A stretch of DNA of 64,000 nucleotides from Candidatus Multivorans sp. Lineage in GTDB: Bacteria; Acidobacteriota; Thermoanaerobaculia; Multivoradales; Multivoraceae. The position numbers were made by a program, and so were the translations under genes. Location of the stretch: NCBI GenBank assembly GCA_965205295.1, contig OZ242167.1, positions 3,017,390 through 3,081,389 on the forward strand, read 5' to 3'. Shown piece by piece: positions 9,917 through 19,409 of this stretch (position 1 is its first letter; each line of letters opens with the position of its first letter). The notes beneath the pieces are model-generated. The model worked only from the letters and a program-made list of their open reading frames with translations, searched no databases and had not been told where the DNA came from.

Positions 9917-10153
9917 CTAGAGAACGCCCCTCTTGATCTCGACGAAGCGCGCAAGCTTGCAGCCCTTGTTCATCTCCGTGACATCCGACTCCGGCAGCCG
10001 TGCCCTACTCACTCGCGTCGCTGCCGCCATGGCGCACGCCCTGATTTCGTCGGAGTACTTGATTCCGAACAAGTGGATCATGGCCACTTTCTGTCCCGCT
10101 CCAGCGTCCTCATACCTTCGGCGGAGCTCCTTGGCTAGCTCAACGAGATTCAC
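9917..10153 (-). CDS. Small conserved hypothetical protein (HTH-like)
   Basis: KVAMIHLFGIKY...E.NKG.KLARFV pattern recalled from a small conserved family; family name uncertain. Confidence 0.6.
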   Translation of the reverse strand: MNLVELAKELRRRYEDAGAGQKVAMIHLFGIKYSDEIRACAMAAATRVSRARLPESDVTEMNKGCKLARFVEIKRGVL

Positions 10154-10185
10154 TGACGGTCACCTCGATAGTCGGATGGTTAGGT

Positions 10186-10929
10186 TCAGCCCTGAAGGCT
10201 CTGGATTTCTGTCGTGGCAGTGCCATAGCCTGGGGAGGTGAGCTTGAACCCCCTTCTACCATCACCAACGACAAGTCGGTTAGACCGAAGGTCGCTGAGC
10301 CGGGCGCCGACGGTAGTTCCCTTCTTGCCAGTCCACTCGCAAAGCTGCGCGGACGTCACCCCATCGGGGTGTTTGCTGTGAAGCAAGACCAGGATCTCGT
10401 CCCGCAGTGGGATCTTTGCGTGCACCATGCGAATGCCATCGATCTCCTCGACTAGCGTGCCCACTGGCGCATTGACAAGCCTGATCAGTGCCCCAGCCTC
10501 CTCCATCGTAGTGCCCGAGGCGCAACGTATCAGCTCAGCCATGATCCAAGCCGCGCCACGATACGTGAACTCCAAGTCGATGCTGTTCGGGTCCACCTGG
10601 CCCTTGTGAGCGATGTTCCGTTTGCTCCGCATCGTGTAGATCGCTCGCGCGACACGGCCTCCACACAGGCGCAAACCGTCAGGCAGGTCTGTGTCTCCTT
10701 CGACCTGCGTGTTCAGGTAGTGGTCGACCCTCAGTGCCGTGTCGTACGTGCCACTCGATATTCGCTGCAGACACTGAACGAAGGACTCGACGAACTTGCC
10801 GGCTGAGGTTCTCTCTAAAGTGGCAGTAGCGACGTCCTGGCGCAACTTCACGAAGTCAGCCGCGAGATCTCGTGCCAACTTCCTTCCGACGAGCGGCTCG
10901 ATCGCCTGAGTGAGCCTAGCCCGATCCAT
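10186..10929 (-). CDS. Hypothetical protein with HEPN/Abi-like R-x-H motif and C-terminal winged helix
   Basis: GKFVE...MRSKRNIAHKG...WIMAELIR; C-terminal ...GFKLTSPG; visibly lower GC. Confidence 0.55.
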   Translation of the reverse strand: MDRARLTQAIEPLVGRKLARDLAADFVKLRQDVATATLERTSAGKFVESFVQCLQRISSGTYDTALRVDHYLNTQVEGDTDLPDGLRLCGGRVARAIYTMRSKRNIAHKGQVDPNSIDLEFTYRGAAWIMAELIRCASGTTMEEAGALIRLVNAPVGTLVEEIDGIRMVHAKIPLRDEILVLLHSKHPDGVTSAQLCEWTGKKGTTVGARLSDLRSNRLVVGDGRRGFKLTSPGYGTATTEIQSLQG

Positions 10930-11449
10930 CGATCATCTCCTCTAACGCCTCGATCCCAGCCTTCGTGACCTTGTAGGTTTTCCGTGCCTGCTTGCTCTTA
11001 CCGCTCTTCGTCAGCTGATTGACAAAGGCCGGATTCCGGTCCTTCAACCCGTTCATTGCCTGAGTGATGTTGGGAATTCCGTAGCCGAGGTCTTTGAGCG
11101 CCTTGTTGACCGACAGGCTGTGGAAGCTGTCGGCCCCTTGGCAGACTTGGAGCCAGTATCCAACGACTAACGCCTTGATCGGGTGTTTTTCGGGCTTCCC
11201 TGCAGCATCAAACAGCTCCGCCAGTGTCTCGAAGCTCTCCCTACACCCAAGGTCCGGTAGCTGTTCGTTCACTCGGTCCGCTACTGGCGCCGCGTTCACT
11301 CGGTCAGAAAGCACCGGCGAGATATCAAGGCGAGCGACGACGTAACTGACCACGCGTTGACGAGAGTCGGGTTCGAGTGGATTCAGCGCTCCGAAGACCG
11401 TGTGGATCGCGGCCAACTCCGGATCGAGCGCAATTTCTTCAATGCTCAT
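10916..11449 (-). CDS. Hypothetical protein with C-terminal winged-helix-like region, overlapping the downstream gene
   Basis: GGAG RBS, 14-bp overlap, ...KTYKVTKAGIEALEEM; lower GC. Confidence 0.65.
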   Translation of the reverse strand: MSIEEIALDPELAAIHTVFGALNPLEPDSRQRVVSYVVARLDISPVLSDRVNAAPVADRVNEQLPDLGCRESFETLAELFDAAGKPEKHPIKALVVGYWLQVCQGADSFHSLSVNKALKDLGYGIPNITQAMNGLKDRNPAFVNQLTKSGKSKQARKTYKVTKAGIEALEEMIDGSG

Positions 11450-11649
11450 CTACAGCTCCTCGGCGTTTAGTGATTTCGCCTCGACCGTTCAGGATCTCCC
11501 CTAAACGAAGACCTAAAAGTCTACCACAACGAAGAGGTGCCTCTGCCGTTGCGCCTACGCCACTCGGGTCGGCGCGAAGCGGAGCGCGTATCCGCGACGC
11601 TCTATCCGCGCCAAGCTCAGGGAAGTGGCGTCTCGCCACACCCCTCACA

Positions 11650-11761
11650 CTCGCCGCGCACGCTCGGCCCAGCGGTCCCTGGGGACGCCGATGACGGCGG
11701 TGAGGGCGATCTCCCGTATCGCGAGCAGGGCCTGTTCGACCTCAGTCGAGTAGACGTTGAA
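11650..11761 (-). pseudogene. Remnant of an AMP-binding (acyl-CoA synthetase) C-terminal region
   Basis: Hand translation FNVYSTEVEQALLAIREIALTAVIGVPRDRWAE matches the NVYxxEVE...AVIGVPD..WGE motif. Confidence 0.7.
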
Positions 11762-11840
11762 GGCGTCGGCCGGAAGGAGCGGCCGAACCGCCCGCCACCC
11801 CGGCACCCTCTACCGGCGTAGGCGGCGCCGACGCTGACCG

Positions 11841-13199
11841 TCACGCCGACTCGCGCGAACCGGCCAAGAGCCCAGCGAGGTCCCGGACATCCGCCACCGT
11901 CTCAAGCTGCAGCGACAACTCGCGCAGCCGGTCGCTCGCCTCGGTTCCGAGCAACGGCACCGTCAGGCCCGACATCTTGGCCGCCAACTTCTCTCCCTGC
12001 GCCTCCAGGTCCGTGGCCGGGATGCCGGTGTCGTGCAACTGCTCGAGCCTGCTGCCGTTCGCCCTGAGTTCGACCCGGGCCTGAGTGTGGCCGAGGTTGC
12101 GGTCGGTCCGCACCTCGATCTTGTCGACCATGCGGGCGAACGCCGGGTTGTCCAGCGTCTCGTCGACGAACGTGGCGGTGTCCGTGGTGTCGATGCCGAG
12201 CATCGCCAAGGACGTCGTGGCGACCAGGCTGAACTTCGCTTCCAGGCCGGTCTTGGGCTCGGGGATGCCGCAGACGTCGAGCAGGCCCGGATGCACGCTG
12301 ACGATCGCCTTTTCCACCTCTTCCGGCTGAATGTCCCGGGACGCCAGCTCGGCCCGCAGCGAGCCCACCGACTCGATCGCCGCATGGGTCAGGTAGCAGG
12401 CGGCGTGGTACTTGAAGAGCGTGTCCTCGATCAGGAAGCGGTCATCCTGCTCCTCGAGCCGTTGCCACTTGACCGCTTCGTGGCCCGAGGCCGCCGCATC
12501 GGCGTAGCCCTGCCTGCCGTCGACCGCCTCGGGGTTCGAGGTGAAGCCCCGCATCGCGAGGCGCGCCGAGAGCAGGCCGCGCTCGGCGGCGTGGCCGGCG
12601 TGGAACGGCTTGGTCATGGTGCCGAAGTTCGCCTTGAGACCGCTCGACTGGGAAGCGGCGAGTCCGAGGGCGTGGGCGAACTGCTCGTTGCTGGCGCCCA
12701 GGAGGTGGCAGGCGGCGGCGGTGGCGCCGTGGATCCCGATCGTCGAGGTCGAATGCCAGCCCTTGACGTAGGCCGCCGGCCCGACGAGGGCGCCGATCCT
12801 CGACTCCACCTCGACGCCAACGATGAAGGCGACAAGCAGCCGCTCGCCGCTGGTCCGCATCTCCTGCGCCTGGGCCAGGGCCGCCGGGAACACCGGGACG
12901 GTGGGATGGCCGCCCATCATGCTGTGGGTGTCGTCGAAGTCGAGCGCATGGCCGGCGGCGCCGTTGAGCAGCGCGGCGACGCCCGGCGCGCAGTGGAGGT
13001 CGGTGCCCACGATGGAGCACGGGCCGACCTGGGCGCCCAGTTCCGCGCGCAGGATCTCGGACAGCGGTTCGCGGCTGCCGACCAGAGCGCAACCGAACCA
13101 GTCGAGCACGCACTGGCCGGCTACGGTGCGGGCGGACTGGGGAATGTCGTCGAGGCCCAAGGTGCCGAAGCGGTCCCAGAGGTGGTTGGCGAGTCTCAT
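11841..13199 (-). CDS. MmgE/PrpD family protein
   Basis: HALDFDDTH, GHP, GWHST, GTMTKPFHAG, FKYHAACY, AKFS. Confidence 0.93.
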   Translation of the reverse strand: MRLANHLWDRFGTLGLDDIPQSARTVAGQCVLDWFGCALVGSREPLSEILRAELGAQVGPCSIVGTDLHCAPGVAALLNGAAGHALDFDDTHSMMGGHPTVPVFPAALAQAQEMRTSGERLLVAFIVGVEVESRIGALVGPAAYVKGWHSTSTIGIHGATAAACHLLGASNEQFAHALGLAASQSSGLKANFGTMTKPFHAGHAAERGLLSARLAMRGFTSNPEAVDGRQGYADAAASGHEAVKWQRLEEQDDRFLIEDTLFKYHAACYLTHAAIESVGSLRAELASRDIQPEEVEKAIVSVHPGLLDVCGIPEPKTGLEAKFSLVATTSLAMLGIDTTDTATFVDETLDNPAFARMVDKIEVRTDRNLGHTQARVELRANGSRLEQLHDTGIPATDLEAQGEKLAAKMSGLTVPLLGTEASDRLRELSLQLETVADVRDLAGLLAGSRESA

Positions 13200-13223
13200 G
13201 GCGTTTCCTCCTCAACTGCTGGC

Positions 13224-13317
13224 GCCGGATGCGGGCGAGACGCCAGCGTTCCATCCGCGCGCCCGATGACGGGCGCACGGACTGGTTCACGGGTGGCGCG
13301 GATCGCGCCACCCGGGT
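13224..13317. repeat. REP-like copy fused to double-hairpin repeat copy 2
   Basis: GCCGGATGCGGGCGAGACGCCAGCGTTCCA followed by the inverted copy of 2461-2527. Confidence 0.75.
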
Positions 13318-13340
13318 TCCCATGGGCGGAACCCGCGTCA

Positions 13341-14534
13341 CTAGCTCCTCCTCGACGGCTTGCCGAGCAGCGCGTCCGACACGATCTTCAGCATGATCTC
13401 CGACGTGCCCTCGAAGATCTTGGTCAGTCGCGCATCGCGCCAGTAGCGCTCGACCGGGTAGTCCGTGGTGTAGCCGGCGCCGGCCAGGACCTGCAGGGCG
13501 TCCGAAGCCACCCGCTCCGACATCTCGGAGGCGTAGTACTTGACCATCGCCGCTTCCTTGGCGCACGACACCCCGGTGTCGATCTTGGCGCAGACCGAGT
13601 AGTTCAACTGCCGTGCCGCCTCGACCTCGGTCGCCATGTTGGCGATCTTGAAGCGGATCGCCTGGAAGTCGGCGATCGGGCGCCGGAACTGGATGCGCTC
13701 CTTGGAGTACGCGATCGCCTGTTCCAGCGCGCCCTGCGCGAGACCGATCGAGCGCGCCGCGGTGTGAGCCCGGGCGCTCTCCAGCCCGCGCGCCATGCCG
13801 TAGAACGCCTGGCCCTTGGCCTCCTTCTGGCGCTTGGTGATCGGCACCCGCACGTTGTCGAAGTGCAGCTCCCAGGTCTTCCACCCGTGGTAGCCGATCT
13901 TGGGGATCGGCGAGCCGGTGACGCCCTTCGGCAACTCGCCGGGCGGCTTCTCGATCCCGATCCCGGTCAGGCCGCGATGGCGCTTGCCGGACTCATCGCT
14001 GTCGGTCCGCGCGATGACCTGAATGAAGTTGGCGCCGTCCGCGAAGGTGCACCAGTACTTGTTGCCGGTGATCACCCAGTGGTCGTCCTCGACCCGGGCC
14101 CGGCAGGTGATCGACGAAATGTCCGACCCGACCTCGGGCTCCGACATCGCCAGCGCGCCGAGGTACTTGCCCTGCGCCATCAGCTCGATCCGCTTCCTCC
14201 GCTCCTCGCCCTCGAACGGGATCGAGCGGTAGAACCCGTTGCCCCGGGCGATGATGCTCGCCACGCTCATCCAGCCCCGCGCCAACTCCTCGGCCACCAG
14301 GCAGTACTCGAACGCGCCCAGCCCGGCGCCCCCGTACTCCTCCGGAATCGTGATGCCGAAGAAGCCCAACTCCCCCATCTGGTCAATCAGCGACTGCGGG
14401 ATCGGCTCCTTCTTCGGGTCGAGCTCGTTGGCCGCCGGCAGGACCTCCTTGTCCGTGAACTCGCGCGCGATTCGCCTCAGCATCTCGCGCTCGGGGGTCA
14501 TGTAGCCCACGGCGGCCGGTGCAGTGTCGTTCAT
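13341..14534 (-). CDS. Acyl-CoA dehydrogenase
   Basis: ALAMSEPEVGSD, ITGNKYWCT, ERIQF..PI..FQAI, ER.WRDARLTKIFEGTSEI. Confidence 0.95.
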   Translation of the reverse strand: MNDTAPAAVGYMTPEREMLRRIAREFTDKEVLPAANELDPKKEPIPQSLIDQMGELGFFGITIPEEYGGAGLGAFEYCLVAEELARGWMSVASIIARGNGFYRSIPFEGEERRKRIELMAQGKYLGALAMSEPEVGSDISSITCRARVEDDHWVITGNKYWCTFADGANFIQVIARTDSDESGKRHRGLTGIGIEKPPGELPKGVTGSPIPKIGYHGWKTWELHFDNVRVPITKRQKEAKGQAFYGMARGLESARAHTAARSIGLAQGALEQAIAYSKERIQFRRPIADFQAIRFKIANMATEVEAARQLNYSVCAKIDTGVSCAKEAAMVKYYASEMSERVASDALQVLAGAGYTTDYPVERYWRDARLTKIFEGTSEIMLKIVSDALLGKPSRRS

Positions 14535-14612
14535 GGCGTGCTCAACTGACTACCAGCACTTCGGCAGCTCGTACTAGCATCGCGAACCGCGAGACCGATG
14601 GAGCGGAAACCC

Positions 14613-14873
14613 ATGGCAAGCCTGAGTGTACGTCGCCTGGACAGTGAGGTTGTCCACCGCCTGAAGCTTCGTGCGGAGCGGGAGTCCCTGTCCCTGGAGG
14701 AGACCGTTCGGCGCATTCTCCGTAGCGCGGTAGTGGACGAGGAGCCGGTCGGCGCGATGATCCGCCGGATCGTCGGCGACGATCGCTTCGATCTCGACCT
14801 GCCGGCACGCGAAGTGGACGACCCGATCGATTTCACGTCGCCCGCCTCCGGCGAGACCGACTCAGAGTCCTGA
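14613..14873 (+). CDS. FitA-like ribbon-helix-helix antitoxin (orphan)
   Basis: [21 protein letters not shown]...[10 protein letters not shown]...DLDLPARE; no PIN toxin follows. Confidence 0.8.
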   Translation: MASLSVRRLDSEVVHRLKLRAERESLSLEETVRRILRSAVVDEEPVGAMIRRIVGDDRFDLDLPAREVDDPIDFTSPASGETDSES

Positions 14874-14905
14874 GACTCCGACGGCGCAGAACTGGAGACG
14901 GCAAC

Positions 14906-15136
14906 ATGACGATGATCAACCCTCCCCATCCCGGCCGCAGCATCCGTGCGAACTGCCTCGAGCCGCTCGGCCTGAACGTAACCGACGCGGCGAAGGTGCT
15001 GGGCGTCGCCCGCCACACGCTGTCGCGGGTCTTGAACGGCCACGCGGCGGTCTCGCCGGAGATGGCTATTCGCCTGGAGGAGGCGGGCTGGTCCAATGCC
15101 GAGTTCTGGCTGCGCCGGCAGGGGACCACGATCTAA
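14906..15136 (+). pseudogene. higA: HigA-family antitoxin with a C-terminal frameshift (orphan)
   Basis: NPPHPG...LGV.R.TLSR..NG...SPEMAIRL...AEFWLR.Q; the usual YDL-type tail appears to continue out of frame. Confidence 0.8.
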
Positions 15137-15202
15137 CGCATGCGCCCAAGCGCGAGAACCGAAGCCACGTCGCTCGGTACCAACCGCAGCCGACCGCCTG
15201 AT

Positions 15203-15433
15203 TCAGAGTCGCAGGTCGAGGACAGCCGAGAGCGGTTCTCGCGGTTCGATTCCATCCTCCTCGCACGACGCCAAGTACTCGTCGACCGAGCGCTTGAACT
15301 CGCGTCGGATGCCGTCCAGATCGGTCGCCTCGAACGTCGCGATGGGATAGGGACCGCAGTTGACGACCCAGCCGTGTAGGCGACCTACCGAATCGTCGTA
15401 CTCGACGGCGGCGATGTAGCCCTTGTGCTTCAT
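15203..15433 (-). CDS. hicB: HicB-family antitoxin N-terminal domain (orphan, truncated)
   Basis: MKHKGYIAAVEYDD...HG.V...ATFEA...EFKRSVDEYL..C...G.EP; no DNA-binding tail and no hicA. Confidence 0.75.
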   Translation of the reverse strand: MKHKGYIAAVEYDDSVGRLHGWVVNCGPYPIATFEATDLDGIRREFKRSVDEYLASCEEDGIEPREPLSAVLDLRL

Positions 15434-15690
15434 ACGGCAGCCTCTGTCGAGCACCCCTGTCCGGCACCGTCAAGGTACTTGCGGGCGAGCGCCTTGTACC
15501 GGACATCGCCTCGTCGTGCCTCTTTGAACTTGCCCCTCCACCGGGACGCGAACGAGGGATCGCTTTCCCGCACCACCTCTCTGAGCGATGCCTCTACGAG
15601 GGACGACAACGAGACGCCGCGAGCCTGAGCGTAGTTTCTGGCTCGGCGAATCAGTTCGTCGTCCACCCTGATCGTCAGCTTCCTCTTCAT
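15430..15690 (-). CDS. DUF6364-like RHH antitoxin (orphan)
   Basis: MKRKLTIRVDDELIRRARNYA...SLSSLVE...RWRGKF...RYKALARKYL. Confidence 0.75.
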   Translation of the reverse strand: MKRKLTIRVDDELIRRARNYAQARGVSLSSLVEASLREVVRESDPSFASRWRGKFKEARRGDVRYKALARKYLDGAGQGCSTEAAV

Positions 15691-15756
15691 CCTCCGGCTT
15701 CCCTACCCGCAATACGCACACGGCATGGGCTATGTTTGGCCCGCGAGGAGGAGACC

Positions 15757-15921
15757 ATGTCGCCGCCGAAACCGCACAAGCCGGCAAAGCCCGAGAAGCG
15801 GCTGGAAGCGCTGGCTCTGCGCAAGATCCTCGAGCTGGGCGACCGACAGATCGAAGCCGGTCAGGTCCAGCCGGCGGCTGATGTGCTTGCGCGGCTCCGT
15901 AAGCGATACCAAGGCAACTGA
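15757..15921 (+). CDS. Phd/YefM antitoxin C-terminal-like small protein (orphan)
   Basis: Strong GAGGAG RBS; ALRKILELGDRQIEAGQVQPAADVLARLR resembles Phd antitoxin C-termini. Confidence 0.55.
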   Translation: MSPPKPHKPAKPEKRLEALALRKILELGDRQIEAGQVQPAADVLARLRKRYQGN

Positions 15922-16068
15922 GGACAGCGCCAGCACGCCCGCAGAGAACCAGCCGTACGAGCAGGCGGCGGCCTAGCCGACGACGACGTTGGTGCGGAGA
16001 CAGGCCGTACAGCGCAATGGCGGGAGTGACCGGCGTACACCGATCCGCTACATTCCGACCCGTCAACC

Positions 16069-18183
16069 ATGAACCACAGCCAGATCGTCAGCTTTCTCTG
16101 GGGCGTCGCGGACCTGATCCGCGACACCTTCAAGCGCGGCAAGTACCAGGACGTGATCCTGCCGCTCACCGTGCTGCGGCGGCTCGACTGCGTGCTGGCG
16201 CCCACCAAGGCGAGGGTGATGGAGGTCCAAGCCCAGTACCGGGGCAAGCTCGACAATCCCGAACGGCTGCTCCGCCGCGCTTCCGGGTTCGCGTTCTACA
16301 ACACGTCCCGGTACGACTTCGGGAAGCTCCTCGCCGATGCGCCCGATATCGCGAAGAACCTGCGCGCCTACATCGCCGGCTTCAGCCCCAACATGCGCGA
16401 GGTGCTGGAGAAGTTCGACTTCGACAACACGATCTCCAAGCTCGACGAGTCGGGCCTGCTGTTCCAGGTCATGCAGCGGTTCGGCGACCCCAGGGTCAAT
16501 CTCCACCCGGACGAGATCGACAACTTCACGATGGGCACGATCTTCGAGGAGCTCATCCGCAAGTTCAACGAGGCTCTGAACGAGAACCCCGGCGAGCACT
16601 TCACGCCCCGCGACGTGGTCCATCTCATGGTGGACCTGATGCTGGCCGGCGACGAAGAAGGGCTGCGGACGAAGGGCGCTGCGCGCAGCATCTACGACCC
16701 TTGCTGCGGCTCGGGCGGCATGCTCACCATCGCCAAGGAGCACACGACCCAGGGCGAACTACGAGACGGCAAGCACCTGGGCGACCCCGTGAACCCGGAC
16801 GCTCACATCCACCTGTTCGGCCAGGAGGTGAACCCCGAGACCTTCGCCCTCTGCAAGTCGGACCTCTTCATGAAGTCGAAGGACGGCGGCGACGCGAACA
16901 ACATCCTGTTCGGGAGCACGCTCTCGAACGACCGGCACGCCGGAAGCGGCTTCGACTACATGATCGCCAATCCGCCCTACGGCAAGGACTGGAAGCGCGA
17001 TCAGGACGCGGTGCGGACCGAGCACGACCGGGGCGCCGCAGGCCGCTTTGCTCCAGGCCTGCCACGGATCAGTGACGGGCAACTCCTGTTCCTGCTCCAC
17101 ATGCTGGCGCACGCGAAGGAACCCGACCAGGGCGGATCGCGGATCGCGATCATCATGAACGGCTCGCCCCTCTTCACCGGCGACGCCGGCAGCGGCGAGA
17201 GCGAGATCCGTCGCTTCATCCTGGAGAACGACCTGCTCGAGGCGCTCATCGCGCTCCCCGAACAGCTCTTCTACAACACCGGCATCGCCACCTACATCTG
17301 GGTGCTTACGAACCGGAAACGGCCCGAACGGCGCGGCAAGGTCCAACTCATCGACGCCACCTCGTTCTGGGTGCTGCTGCGCAAGAGCCTGGGCGCGAAG
17401 CGCCGCGAGATCCCGTTCGAGCGGAAAGCAGACATCCTGCGGCTACTCCGGGAGTACGAGGACGGCGCCACCCGAACGGTCGTCGAGGACGGCGAAGAGC
17501 GCGAAGTCATCGTCAGCCGCATCTACCCGACGACGCACTTCGGCTTCCGCAAGATCACCGTCGAACGGCCGCTCCGGCTCGACTTCCAGGCCAGCCCCGA
17601 GCGCATCGCGCGGCTCCGCGACCAGCGTGCCTTCGCCAACCTGGCCGTGTCGCGCAAGAGGGACAGCGCGGCCAAGGCGAAGGACGAGGAAGCCGGACGG
17701 GAGAAGCAGGAGGCGATCCGCAGCCTGCTGCGGAGCCTGCCCGATCGGTTGTTCCCGGATCGGGCGCTCTTCGAAGCCGAACTCGACCGGGCAATCCAAG
17801 CAGCCGATCTGAAACTCACTGCGCCCGTCAGGAAAGCCGTTCTCGCCGCCCTCTCCGAGCGCAACGAAGAGGCGGAGATCTGCCGAGACCGGGAAGGCCG
17901 CCCCGACCCCGACCCGGATCTCCGCGACACCGAGAACGTGCCCCTTTCGGAGAGCGTCGAGTCGTTCTTCGAGCGCGAGGTGACGCCCCACGTTCCCGAC
18001 GCCTGGATCGACACGAACCGCCAGGATCCCCAAGACGGGAACGTCGGCATGGTGGGCTACGAGATCAACTTCAACCGCTACTTTTACAAGTACCGCCCAC
18101 CGCGCCCGTTGGAAGAGATCGAAGCGGATATTCGGAGGGTGGAGAGGGAGATTGTGGCGATGCTGGGGGAGATGAGGGGGTGA
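16069..18183 (+). CDS. hsdM: Type I R-M methyltransferase subunit
   Basis: VILPLTVLRRLD, GEHFTPR, YDPCCGSGGM, ANPPY, GYEINFNRYFY. Confidence 0.96.
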   Translation: MNHSQIVSFLWGVADLIRDTFKRGKYQDVILPLTVLRRLDCVLAPTKARVMEVQAQYRGKLDNPERLLRRASGFAFYNTSRYDFGKLLADAPDIAKNLRAYIAGFSPNMREVLEKFDFDNTISKLDESGLLFQVMQRFGDPRVNLHPDEIDNFTMGTIFEELIRKFNEALNENPGEHFTPRDVVHLMVDLMLAGDEEGLRTKGAARSIYDPCCGSGGMLTIAKEHTTQGELRDGKHLGDPVNPDAHIHLFGQEVNPETFALCKSDLFMKSKDGGDANNILFGSTLSNDRHAGSGFDYMIANPPYGKDWKRDQDAVRTEHDRGAAGRFAPGLPRISDGQLLFLLHMLAHAKEPDQGGSRIAIIMNGSPLFTGDAGSGESEIRRFILENDLLEALIALPEQLFYNTGIATYIWVLTNRKRPERRGKVQLIDATSFWVLLRKSLGAKRREIPFERKADILRLLREYEDGATRTVVEDGEEREVIVSRIYPTTHFGFRKITVERPLRLDFQASPERIARLRDQRAFANLAVSRKRDSAAKAKDEEAGREKQEAIRSLLRSLPDRLFPDRALFEAELDRAIQAADLKLTAPVRKAVLAALSERNEEAEICRDREGRPDPDPDLRDTENVPLSESVESFFEREVTPHVPDAWIDTNRQDPQDGNVGMVGYEINFNRYFYKYRPPRPLEEIEADIRRVEREIVAMLGEMRG

Positions 18184-18235
18184 CGCCCTTTGAGAGCTGG
18201 ACCATCGAACAAACAGAACGGCTGGAGGAACGACA

Positions 18236-18685
18236 TTGAACGGTCCGCACGAGATCTGGCTGAGGATGTATGAGAACGAGACTGCCCATGCCAGACACCA
18301 CGAGAGTCTACGCACTCATTCGACGCACATAGTCATCGCCTTATCGGCGGCACTTCTTGCGTTTTCGTCCTCAGAGCGCCAAACCATCCTCCTGTGTGCA
18401 GTCTTTCTGATGATCGCGAACGTGTATGGGATCCTAGCGAGCCTCAAGCACTACGAGAGGAGTCGCCGGCATCTATTGATTGCAAGGCGCTACAGAGCAA
18501 TCATCTCAGAGCGGTTCGCAAATGGCACACTGAACGAAGTACGGCACCACGCGACGGAGGCGCACCGTCGCGGGTTCAGGGGGTTCTCAGGGATCAGGGC
18601 CTACTGGCTCTGGTGTGGACTGCATGTCGTCCTCTGCGTCGTTGGTGTCGGTCTGGTGTGCCTGTTCTTGAGGAGCGTTGCGTAG
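18236..18685 (+). CDS. Small hypothetical membrane protein (about 3 TM) nested in the R-M operon
   Basis: Three hydrophobic stretches; lower GC; start uncertain (TTG 18236 or a downstream ATG). Confidence 0.65.
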   Translation: MNGPHEIWLRMYENETAHARHHESLRTHSTHIVIALSAALLAFSSSERQTILLCAVFLMIANVYGILASLKHYERSRRHLLIARRYRAIISERFANGTLNEVRHHATEAHRRGFRGFSGIRAYWLWCGLHVVLCVVGVGLVCLFLRSVA

Positions 18686-18728
18686 GTTTCCGGATAGGGG
18701 GGAGCCATGAGAACCGGTTGTCGGCAGG

Positions 18729-19409
18729 TTGCCCCAGAGTTCACTATGGGGTTACTCTCGGAGCGTGGCAACTCTGAAACGACGGCAGTTCGCCGCATCT
18801 GCCGACATTACAACGGGGCTGGACCTGCCTGACCCACCGCTCGGAGCGAAGACCTTCTTCCGCTCACGCGACGCGACTGCGCTAGGAATCGACTCGCGTC
18901 GGCTACGGCACCTAGTGGACAATGGGTCGGTCGAGCGCGTGGCGCGCGGTCTCTATCGCCTCGCCGGCGTCGAACCCACCGAGCACTACACCCTCGCCGC
19001 CGTTTGTGCGCGGGTCCCGGGCGCCATCGTCTGCCTGCTGTCTGCGCTAAGCGTCCACGGCCTTGGGACCCAACTCCCGTGGCAGGTCTGGATCGCCATT
19101 CCCCACAAGGCTCGTATGCCGCGCCTTCCCGAACTGCCGGCCAAGGTGGTCCGTTTCTCGGGCGCCTCGCTGCACTACGGGGTCGAAGGAGTTGCGTTCG
19201 AGGGCGTTCCCACACGCATCACGAGTCCGGCCCGTACGGTGGTCGATTGCTTCCGCTTCCGCAGGCTGGTTGGCAAAGACGTAGCGATCGAGGCGCTGCG
19301 CGACGCCCTGCGCGAGCGCAAGGCAAGCGTCGGCGAGATCTGGCGAGCGGCGGAAGTTTGCCGCGCCAAGTCGCTCGTCGGCCCAGTGCTGGAGGCGCTG
19401 TCGGCATGA
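18729..19409 (+). CDS. abiEi: AbiEi type IV antitoxin
   Basis: ERVARGLYRL, CLLSALSVHGL, ARTVVDCF; start uncertain. Confidence 0.9.
   Translation: MPQSSLWGYSRSVATLKRRQFAASADITTGLDLPDPPLGAKTFFRSRDATALGIDSRRLRHLVDNGSVERVARGLYRLAGVEPTEHYTLAAVCARVPGAIVCLLSALSVHGLGTQLPWQVWIAIPHKARMPRLPELPAKVVRFSGASLHYGVEGVAFEGVPTRITSPARTVVDCFRFRRLVGKDVAIEALRDALRERKASVGEIWRAAEVCRAKSLVGPVLEALSA

Noticed and set aside
12033-14549. 838-aa + strand ORF (and similar long ORFs such as 22757-24643, 40785-42116, 32420-33748)
   Set aside because: Antisense shadows of well-supported genes in high-GC DNA; no motifs
19004-19405. Long N-terminal extensions in the ORF track (AbiEii, CitE from 33253, IstB from 54776)
   Set aside because: They overlap upstream genes in another frame; coupled downstream starts fit the family N-termini
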